Source: Monocercomonoides exilis PA203
Lineage: Eukaryota; Protista; Preaxostyla
Length of the DNA: 64,000 nucleotides
NCBI GenBank assembly: GCA_001643675.2
Contig: LSRY02000007.1
Span: forward strand, 1,302,001 to 1,366,000
Direction: 5' to 3'
Made by a program: the position numbers and the translations under genes. This document shows, one piece after another, positions 48,576 through 60,500 of the stretch (position 1 is the stretch's first letter; each line of letters opens with the position of its first letter). The notes below the pieces were generated by a model, which saw only the letters and a list, made by a program, of their open reading frames with translations, did not search any database and was not told the DNA's origin.

Positions 48576-51500
48576 TTAAAAGTACCCACTTTCATCAATT
48601 TCAACATTTCCTCTTTTGGTAATGTCTTCATCCCCAGAAGAATCAGCCAAATCAACAGCATCTGATATTGTCATCATAACTGTTCCATCCGGAAAGCGCT
48701 GAATAAATTCACGCTTTAGCTGTGAAAGAGGTGGGCGATCATTTGCTGAGGCAGAAAGACAGTTCTTTGTAACTTGCTCAAATGTGTTCCCTTCAACAAT
48801 CTTCAAATCTGGCCTCTCCCCATTCACTATCTTCTGCCCTGCAACCTCTGCCTCATATTCTCCAAATGGGATCTGGAGTGTCAGACACTCCCACAGCATC
48901 ATCCCAATCGAGAATGAGACTGACTCCTTTGTTGCTCCCATCTTCTTGTTCATCTGCAGCTCAGGCGCCTTCCACCTCAGACACTCCTTTTTGTTATCAC
49001 TATCATCCTCAAAGGCAGATGAGGGTGGTGGTGAACCTCGACCATTCCTGTTGGCAGTTGAGAAATCAGAGGAAGATGTGATGATGGTGGAGGCGGAAGA
49101 GATGGATGAGGAATCTGAATCATCTGAAGAGAAGTCGGAGTGCTTGGCAATGCAGATGATCATGTGCTCTGAGAACAACACAATGTGAGGACTCAGATGG
49201 GCAAGAGATGACAGCTCGTCTTCTTCATTCTCAAATGAGTGGAGCGCTCCATTCGCCACCCAGAACAACACCTGAGCAGCTGTGTGCTCTCTCTCCTTCA
49301 GAGTGCCAATTGCCATCTCCTTCTTCTCGTTCCTCCCATGAAGCAGCATGAACAGTGAATCTCTCAGATCCACAATCAGCTTTTCAAACACTGATGAACA
49401 GGCAATTGCATCAACCAGATTCGACATGGATGAAGTGGTTGGACACAAACTCTCTGATCGAACAAATGTGGATTCGGTGTCTGAAGTGTCTGTGGTTGAA
49501 GTGGATGAAATGGAAGGTGATGGAATTCTCTTTCTTGTTTCTTCCTCTTCTTTCTCATCAACCTTCTCCAGCATCCATTCAGGAATCTTGTCTGAATCTC
49601 TCCCAAGGATGTATTCTGTTGAGCCACTCTCAGATAATAAATGCTCCGATGACTCTGAATGTTCCATATTCGAATCATAGACCCTCTTCTTGATCCTTTC
49701 TTCATTCTTCTTCTCTGCCTCCCTTTCTGCTCTTCGCCACTGCTCCTCAGGTGACATCTCCATCGTCACCATTTCAAATGCCTTCGGTTCCTTTCTGATG
49801 TTATCATTCACAATCTCTCTCAGATCTTTGTTCTCGTTCTTTGCTTTTCTCCATCGAACAATGAATATAATTGATACAATCAGAACAATCAAAAACAACA
49901 TAACGAAAATGAAAATGACAATCAAAGCCCACGATGAAACAGTTCCGCTTCCTTCTTTGGCCAGCTTTCCATTTGCGTTTGTCTGAGGCTCGCTTTTGTT
50001 CTTCAGTACGAATGATTGCGTTGACAAAGGTCGCTCTTCGTCACCAAACAAGATACACACACTCACCTCAGCTTCACTTGGAGCATCTTTGACCAAAGAT
50101 GATTGGATGTTTGTGACAACTTCAGATTCGTTCACATATTCACTATCTTCGAACTTGTTGGTATGCAACAATTTCTCTTCATTTAGTGTTGTTGTAACCC
50201 GGAACTGCAAGCTACAGGGCATAAGCAAATTTCCTATGAACTTCAGTTTTATTTCTGCTCCTGCTTCTTCTTGTTCAACTCTCTCCAAATGAGGAATAAA
50301 CAGCACAGACGTTCTTTCCAAAGCAATTCCTTCCATTTCGCAACCCTCATTCAAAATCCACATCGATGAGTTCGGAAGCAAGCCATCTCCTCCTTTAAAG
50401 CTCATCACATCCACAATTCCCCCTTCATCACATATTATATTTCTTCTTGCTGAAGGATATCGTTCAATTGATGGATTATTTCCCTCAAACATTCCCATTT
50501 CTATTGTCAATCTGCCCTTTGAAACAGAAATTCCTCCTTTTGATGAGTTTGCAACTGTTGTATCTTTCATGTAACTGGTGCAGCTTGTGAGACAAATTAA
50601 TGACCCATTCCAATGGCACACATCTTCAATTGCTGAATTTCCAATAACAGTTGAATCATTTTGATATCCTTCAAATAAACAAAATGTAAAATTCAATTTT
50701 GAACAGGAGCCGAACGATGCAAGCTTTCCATTATATTTTGGAAGATTGCATTCTTTGAATGTGCAGTTACTGAAACTGATTGGACATTCATTTTGAGCTG
50801 ATAATACCGATATAATGCCCATTTCAGAGCAGTTGAGATTCTTAAAGGAAGTCAATGACAAATCAATTGATCCACTTTTTCCATTATAACTTGTTTCAAC
50901 ATCACAAACAGAACAGAACTCACAATTTGGAATGCAAATATCGAAAACCTCCAGACATTTGCAATAACAATTTCCAGATAGTGGAATCTGTAAAACACTA
51001 TGAGTTGAAACAAATGAAAGTGAAGATATGGTGAGGTCAGATAATTCCAATGTTCCTCCAATTTGTTCAATCAGAGAAAATGATATTTCACACATTGAAG
51101 CATCTCCTATGTCTTTTCCTTCAAAAGAACAATCCTTTATAAAACATCTTTCAGCCGTTGTTTTTATGAGACACTCATGAGATGAACTAGTTTGTGAAGG
51201 AAATACAAAATTGAGAAGCTCCATCTGCACTCTCTCAGAGCAAAAAATTAATTCATCCCTGGAAGCAGTACCTGACGGAACCACACTTAAAGTGGCTGTT
51301 GAATGCACTTTCGATCTCAAAGTCAGATTGTCCAGATCAAACTCATCCTCAATGATACATTCCTTGTCCACATAAAGTCTGGAATCGAAATCAGATAGGA
51401 TATGGTTCAGACCATAATCAACGGAATAACATGGACTATCGCTTTTCCCGCAATTGCGGAAGTTCCTGCTGTCTGAATGAACTGAAGAGACAATAATTGT

Positions 51501-54500
51501 GGTTGACTGATAAGTTGTGATGTAATCCATCAAATCAACATCCTTTCCCAACGTGCTATCTCTTCCCCAAATTGCATTAGCTCTGATGAATTCTTCTGGT
51601 CGGAGATCAAATCGAAACTGTGTTTCATTGATTTGATTTTCAATACTGAAACACTCCACAAAGATATCCCGACCAACAAATGCAGCATTCCCAAGAAGAG
51701 ACATTTGATGAAAAATGAAATCAACTTCCCCACTTGTTGTACAATGCAGATAGACGCCTCCGCCTTTTCCAGAATTTTCGTTGCAGCAGGACTCAATTAT
51801 TTCGCTATTTGTCATCTTCAGCCATCCTCCTTCATTCAGAGCAAAGAATATTGCTCCTCCTTTCTGTGACGATTTTGCGTGATTGGTGATAAACGACGTT
51901 TTATTCACGCTCAACTGCACGCTCTCTGTTGAAATGCTGGAGATGGCACATGACTCTTCTCCATCACCTGTCAAAGTTCGAAATGTTGATTCGTTGATTG
52001 CCACTCTTGTTTCATGAGATGAATGTTCTTCCGTTTTTTCCTCAATAAAGACAAGCCCAGAAGTGCTCATATTTATAGCATCGAAGGTCATTCTTTGAAA
52101 TGAACAAACAGATCCGCTCATAATATTTATCAAACATTTCCCTAATGTTATTCGTTCAATTTGAAGGCTGGATGCAAAAAGTTCTCCACTTTTCATAAGA
52201 ATGAAGCAAAATAATGTTTCAGTGTTGCCAGCTGTATGACATTCGAGAATGCAATAATCAAGACTCAGATATCCTTCCCCATTGGAAATTACTGTTGTTT
52301 GGCTGTCCCCTCTTGCTTTTAATACACAAAATCTAATGGAAGAAAAAAGAAGTGTTTCTGAATTGGAAAGAATAGAACTGATACTATCGTTAACGCCAAC
52401 ATCTATTGTGAGATTTGATAATGATGAAATGTCAATCAAAGCATCTGCCGAAGCAAAATTGCGTGTTGTTGATGATGGTGAAAAATCAGAATGAACAGAA
52501 AATGAATCCAAGTCAAAGTGGTTTTGGATCAACGTGGAACCATGAATGATAATTTCTTTTGAAATAGATTCATCTTCAACATGATAGAAACCAGTCAAGA
52601 ATGAAGAGCATGGATGGGAATGGTCACCGCAGCCAGCAATATCAAATCCATCAGTCGATACATAAACCGTTGGGCTGTTGAAAGGAACGAGAAGAAGAAG
52701 AAGATCAATCATTCCAAACTGCTCATTTTCTCCAAAAAAAGGATTTTCATCTGTTATATAAGATGCGTAATCGAATGAAAACGAATTGTTATTCACTGTG
52801 AAATTCAAGTCAGATCCAAATATGTAAATATTTGAACCATGTGCTGCTTTGTTTGAAGCAAACATTGTATTATTGAATGAAAATGAGTTTGCGTTTGAGA
52901 TCTGCAAGCAATCCAGAAATACAGCTCCTCCTTTTCCTTCTGTTCCTGAACATATGCAATGATTCATGCTACAATTATGCAAACTAAACCGATTTAGGTC
53001 TTTCAATGCTGCGCGAATATGTCCTCCTTTAAGGATTGTGCTTCCTCCAATCCCTTCGAAATTACATTCTTCCATTGTTGCAGAAGATGCGAATAAAATA
53101 TTGAACGGGGAGGCATTGTGAATTATATGTGAAACTTCACAATTTTTCATCAAAAAAGTTCCACCATTAATCAAAATTAAGTTATAAGAACACTCGTTAT
53201 CACTTTCTTTAGTGAATGAACTGCTTTTAAATGATAAAGTCCCAGAAGATTCAATCACTGATTTCATTTCATTTACAAAAATATCTGGCAGATCAAAAAT
53301 CATATCTTCTATTAAAAGAATTCCTTTGTTGTTCAACAAGCTCATTGAATCACTTGCAGGTATTTCTTTGCTGATTGAAATTATCGATTGTGTCCCGGAA
53401 GCTGTTGATTTAACTGTGAGATAATCTATTTCAAAATGACTATCAATAACTGTATTGTTAACAATCTGCAATTCTTTATCTTCTGAATTTTCAACCAAAT
53501 TCCGATAACCTCTCCAAAAAGAACAGCAAGGATAAAGATTCGTTCCACATCCAATCATATCGTATCCATCTGCTGACACACAAATCACCTGATCCAACCG
53601 TTGCTCAAGGAATAGACTCAGATTGACTGGCTCATCCACGAACTTCTCTCTGTCCAGGCCTTGCATTTTGACTTCAAGAATTTCTTCGTTTGTATTTAAA
53701 CCTTGGAAATGAGAAGCGGAAATGGATTTATTTAGGCTTTCACATTCAATGAATACATCCATTCCATATTTTGCAACGTTGTCATGAATTTTCATGTTTT
53801 TCAAAACATAGTTTCCAAAGAATTCTCTTTCAAGCAGAAGATACAATCCTCCTCCCTTTCCAGTGTTTACATTAGCCGAGCAAAATGTCACACAACACTC
53901 CTCCAGAGTCATTTTCCCATTATCAACCAATTGGCAGTAAATACCACCTCCATCTGTTGATAAACATGAGCATTCATCGATTTGACTTTCTCCTCCAATC
54001 GTGAGCGCTTCAATTCCCCTTGCGTTTATGACACTCCATTCAGACACACAATTCTTGAAAGAACTTCCGTTTAACAAAATTTTAGAATTCCCACATCCAA
54101 CAACCAATCCATTATGTGCTTGTTCGATACCATTTAAGTATTTATTTTCATCATAAGACTGCATGACAGAAGAAACATTGGAATATTCGAAAGCAAGCAT
54201 TCCATTCGAAACAGCACAAATCCCTTTGAATCGGCTAAATAAAACGTTATTGATGCTGAAAAACGAAAACTTAACTTCTCCTGTTCCAGAGACAATGGAA
54301 GCTCCACTCTTTTGTGTTGGTCCAGAAGAGCTGCCACATTCGCAGCTGCTTATCACAACCCGCCCAACTGTAATTGCAATTAAACTTGAAACATCGTCTG
54401 TTGGATTCTCTGACAAAATGAAGATGATTTTGTTGAATGCAAGTGTCGTATGAGCATCTCCTGTTTTTTGTTCAAAACATCCTCCTTCACTCACATTCAA

Positions 54501-57500
54501 ATAGGACTTCTCATCATTTCCTCTGATTGAAAGTGACAAGTTGGATCTGCTCAATCGTTGTTCAAGAAAAATTGATTCATTGATATGGATTGTGCTCATC
54601 TCATCTGTCATCTTCCCCAGTCCAAAAATCATATCTCCACATGGATAATCAAAGGCTCCACACTGATTGTTATTTGTTCCTCCAAATTTTACAAATAGCA
54701 CAGACGTGGGCTCTGGAAAGAGATATGGCTTGATTGATTGATTGATGGAGCATTCATCCAGTAAATCCATAACCCAAAAATTTTCACTGTTCGACGACTC
54801 AAGCACTGTACCATCCCACAAATCTGCTTGAAGCACCTGCCGTGGAGCAGCACTGAGAAGAAAAATATCACTTCCATATTTTGCTGAGTTTTGAGAAAAT
54901 TGAATTGATCTCATAGTGTACTTGGCTGAAGGACTTTCCAGAGAGAAATAGACTCCTCCTCCATATCCCTGCTGTCCATTCACTGAACATTCACTGATGT
55001 TGTTTGACTCAAAATAGAACCCACCGTCATTACCAACATTGACAAATACGCATCCACCTAGAGAGTTTGTTGCAAGACATCTTATTCCAATGAATGACGA
55101 ATTCTTTATTTCAATTGTTTTCCCGTTTCCTACAATCCCAGTCAATCCTCCTCCATTTCCTATTTTTCTGGTCAAATTCTTCAACGATGAATTTATCATC
55201 TTCATCCCACTTCCATTTTCGCAGTAAACAGCGCAGCATTTTTCAAAAATAGATTCTCTTATTGTGCTATTAACCTCTTCAAAATAGCATCCATTTGAAA
55301 CAAAAATTAAACCGCTGCTTGAATCGCTTTCAACTTCATTAAATTCCGAAGCATTCATAATCCCTCGTCCATCGTTTCCTCTAATATGCACAGCGCATGT
55401 ATCACCAAACTTCACAGCATAAAAACTAAAATTATACAAGTGTGCTTCTCCATTCACGACTTTAACAAAGCTATACTCAATTTTTCCGACTCCGCCTTTA
55501 AGCTGCGCAGAACACTTTTGAAGTGTTAATATTGATGAAGAACAAAGGAACAAGCAAATGCGCTCCACAGCAAATTGAGAAGGCAAGGAAAATTTTATGC
55601 AACTGAATGAAACCACATTTCTTGTTTCAATAAGCCCATCAGCAACTCCAGTGCCATCTTCTTCAATCACAGTTTCTATTCCTTCCATTTCACTTTCAAA
55701 GCAAGCTGAATATGATTCAATTACAAACGCATCTTTGATTGAATAAGAACTAGTGAAAATGATTTCTGCTGTTGTTGAAGAGATTGTTTGGAAGCGCCTT
55801 TTCAGCAAATGAGGAACTGTTCTGCATGGATAAGCTCTCAACCCACAGCCTGAATGATCAAGACCTTCACCATCTCCGCTCACAAATCCTTTGACTTCAA
55901 ACGGAGTCAGAAATGCACCAAGAAGAAGTTCAACACTGCTGCTTGTTGTGCTTCGTTCAAAGCCCATCAGATCCTTTTCATCTAATTCTGCCCATTCGAA
56001 TAAAAATCTTTCCTTTTTAATCAAGATGCTCAAATTGTTTCCATCCACAAACACGCAATCACCTTTCCACCCCGAACAACCATGAAACATAACTTTATTC
56101 AAAGAAAGTTCTGTTTCATCATCAATTGCATAAACATATAACCCTCCACCAATACCTTTTCCATTTGCTTCGCTTTCCGATGAAGGTGTCTTGCATTCGT
56201 CAAACATTGTATTCTGAATGCTTATAACTCCGCTTTGCAGTGAAGCAAAAATGCCTCCTCCTTTCAGACTGCTTCCTTCCGCACATTCGCCTGAAACAGT
56301 GCAATTATCCAAAAAAACTGATGTAGGTGTTGGAATTTGCATATTCACAGAAATGCAACCTCCACCCCCGTTGTACTGCTTCACTCCAATAAGCGAACAA
56401 TTGTTGAGATTGCTGACTTGTTCGTTGCAGATCTCAATCGCAGATCTTCCTGAAAATAAGAATATTCCTTTGAATAATGCGTCTGACATTGTAAATTTTC
56501 CGCCCATAACTCGAAGGATTCCAAATTGTCGAGATATTGACTCATTAATTGAAACAAACGAAATGGAAATCAATGATAGTGTTGATGAGCTCTCGAGAAT
56601 AGAAATGTGTTTTTGCTGCAGTGTATCTGGCAATAAAAGCTCAAGATTAGATATCTCTACTGTAGAATTTAATTCGCAGACAATGAGCGCTTCACAGTTT
56701 TTGTCACCCTTATCATCAAATGAAACAGATGCTTCTGAAGTTTGCGATGTTAGACAGAAATGACAATTCATCGCAACGAGCTCGTTGCTAATAAAGCTTG
56801 TTGAATCAACATCAATTTCATTCACCGAAGAACTAATTCTATTTTCAAAACAGTAATCAATTGACTTACACATAAATCCCTTAAATCCACAGAATGGATG
56901 ATCTGTTCCACCATCTCCATCTGTGAAAATAGAAGACACCAATGTACAAAAATATACAAATATTGGAATTAATGGTTCATCTTCTCCATTTTCCGTTCCA
57001 CTCATTTGATTCAGATCATCAGGTTCCATGGAACTGTCAAAAAACAGAAGTGATTCGAAGTTAGTCTTCTCTTTTAGAAAAATTCCAGTTCCACAGGAAA
57101 TGAACAAATCTTTTCCGAAAGTAGCATTGTTTGCTTTGCTCTGAGAGAAGAGCACGTTTTCTCCAAATGCGAACGAAGCAGACGCATCGCTAACTGAAAT
57201 CATCACTGCTCCTCCCTTTCCTGTATCGTGTTCCACACAAGCTGTGAGGCATCCATCGAATGTTGTTGAACCATTAACAATGAGCTTCTCATTTTCTTTC
57301 AACTCAACAAACAATCCTCCGCCACACGCATTGTTGCTGCAAGCTTTGCAACTGATAAAGGTGCAGTTATCAACAATAATGTTGCAAGAATAGTTTCCTT
57401 CAATTCTTCCTGTTGATTCAAAGAATCCTCCGTTTCCATTTGACTTTTCAACTTCTGAAATGGCACAGTTATTCATATTCACATTGCAGCCATTTCTCAA

Positions 57501-60500
57501 CATTATCATGCTATTCGAGGCAAATGATAGTTGTGTGTTAACGGTGAATGTATTCAGAACCAACGTTGAATGAGAAGCTCTCACAAAGTCATATTCCAAT
57601 TCGCTGCTTCCACTGCTGCTCAGCTTTGCTCCGCAGTTTTTCAGTTCGAGGGATTCTGCTGAGCATGCGATCAATGTTGAGGTGGAAAGCAAGGATGCAG
57701 GGAGACAGAACGAAATATTGCTCATCTTTGTGGCTTTTGTCACATGAATCATTCCAACAGCAGGGACTTGACCATTTCCTTGAATATTAATCTCAGTCCC
57801 CATAATCCCACATTCAATAGTCCAATTATTTTCATTGAGCTCCATTGATTCTTTGAAGATAAATCCGCTGTTCAAAATAATCGTCTTCGGAGCACCAGAA
57901 TATCTGAGTGAGGCAGCATAGCTAATTGTTTCACATGGATATGATGAAAAGCCGCATGCACTGAAATCTCTTTGTTGAGAACCGCCAACGCGTGCTTTCT
58001 CGTTTAGTCTCATCAAATATGGAGCTAAAGGAATCGGAATGTCTCTGAATCCTTCTTCAAATCCCATTGCCTCAGTGTTTTTTGTGCTATCTGATGACAA
58101 AATTATTTGAAATGTTGTTGACGTGACAACTGAGCTCAATTTTTGTGAATCAATGAAAATGTTTTTTCCTCCTAAATCTGCTTTGTTTTCATTTCCTCCT
58201 GTACCAAAAGTCAAGTTCTGTATAACAAAATTTGTTCCTCCTCTTTTTGTATCGAAAAACAACGCCCCTCCAAATCCTCCAATTGAGTTATTGACTGTTG
58301 CTGTGCATCCAGAAAACATTGTCATTTCACTATTCTTCCCGATAATTACCTCTCCTCCACTTTCAACGCTTAGCCAGACACAGCCACCACTTCCCTTTAA
58401 ACAAATGCAATTGCTCGCATTCATTCCATAAAATGTCACAACTTCATTTCTTTGAATTGTTTTTTCAAAAACAGCTCCATTTCCTTCATTTCGAACAATT
58501 GAAATGAAATCAACTGAGTGGAATACTAGATTCTCAGAAGATTTTGCATCAATGGCAATCGCAGAAACAGAGATGAATTTCATCGATTTGAATTTCACAT
58601 CTGAAAATGTCATTGCTCCACAAGAAAATGAAAACAAAGAAGTTGCGAATGGATTATGATTTGTTGCTTCTGCAGTAATTATGCAATCACTGACATTCAA
58701 TCGTCCGCTTGACTGTGTTATTGAAAATAGTTGTGTGGAGATTGATGCTGAAGAATTCCGGACAATTGTCAATTTGCTCAACGAAGCAGAACCAGTTGAT
58801 ATCTGAAATAAAGTAATTATCGATGAAGAGATGCTTGTTGACTGATTGCTGGCTCCACAAAAGTTCATTGTGAGATTATTAACGTTCATTCCTTCTTCAG
58901 TGTACGCTCCAGCAGCGATATCCACGCGAGTGGTTAATCCTGAGATGTGATCAGCCACCTGAATTGTGTACTCGATCGTTTTGCATGTGGGATAAGGGTA
59001 ATCACTTGATCCATGACCGCACATTCTATTATTTTCTCCATGCACAACATCCACTTTCAAAGTGTTAAATCCTTGAGGAATCCATGTGCTGCAGTCAGAC
59101 GTTCCGATCATCACACGCGGTTTTGTTCCTGTTGAAAGTGACAGGCAGAAGATCACATCTTCTTTTTGTAAACAATTCACACTTGCATTATCTGTCAATA
59201 CATCTGACGAAGCATCGCCAACATTTTTCTCGAAAAAACAGAAAAACAGTTTGCTGTGAAGATTTGTTGTTGAAGAAATGCCAACTGCTGATGCATTTGA
59301 TCTTGAAGAAATATTTGAAAAATAGCACTCACAAACGCATGCCCCTGTATCATTCATCAGCGAAAGTGCACCTCCTCCTGTATTTGTTGAAGAGTAAGGT
59401 TTTCCATTTGTGAACACGCAACAACTGATCTGAACAGGATTTTCAGTGTTATCAAAATGGAGTGCAAATGCTCGATGTCCAGCTTCCCCATCACTGAAAT
59501 TCGATTGAGAACAGGAAAAAGAATTGCACTGAGTCCAGAATGCTCCTCCAGATTGCATGCAAGAGCAATTATCAAAAAAAGATGATTCAACTGTTACTGA
59601 GCTCCTTCCTCTTATGAAACACACTGAACCTGATCCTATAGAAGAAGTGCAATCTTTTCCAATGCAACTGAAAAGTTGAAGTATTCCTGTGGATTTAAAA
59701 TAAATTGCATGATCTGTAAAATTTGAAAACCAGCAATCTGTACAAATCATATCTCCTGTTAATATTGTGTGATTTTCCATTGAATGATTATTGTTGAAAT
59801 TCTCATTTGACATTCTGAAATATGAATCAAAGGAAGTGTTGCTTATGTATTGGGAATTATGACCTCTCAGTCCATGTATTATTCCCCCATCATATGGAGA
59901 AGCAACGTTCGTGAATTCACTAGAGCTGATTGAAGATGCACTGGAAGTTTTACATGGGGTGTTTGATAGTTCTTTTGAACGAGATATATTTATAAAAATG
60001 GATTGGTCGATGCTGCTTCGTAAATTTGGAGATGACACAAAAAGAGGAAAAGGAGATATCGCATCAAATGATGAAAAATAACAATTTTTCATAAATGCAC
60101 CACAGTTTTGAATCGAAGGTTCCGCTGCTGGACAATATTCAATAATTGTTGAAAATGACTTTCTAACCTCTCTAAAAAACAGTGACATATTTTGAACACA
60201 AGCAAAGCCGTTTGACAAGCTAATTGGACTTTCTGCTGTAAATGGTTGTGGAAAAACTACAATTGATTCCAATGTAAGAGATGAGTTGCGATTCAAAACA
60301 AACAAATGACTTCTTTTGAGTCGTGTTTGAATCTCGGAGCATATGCATGATGAATTATCCAAAAGTATGTTTGTTACCAGAATGGACGGAAACAATTTAC
60401 AATTCTTGATTGTTAATGCTTCAATAATATCCATTTTTCGGTCACATTTCGAGGATTGATTTGCTTTTTCGCAAAAATTGTGCTTTGCAAATTCTTTCAT

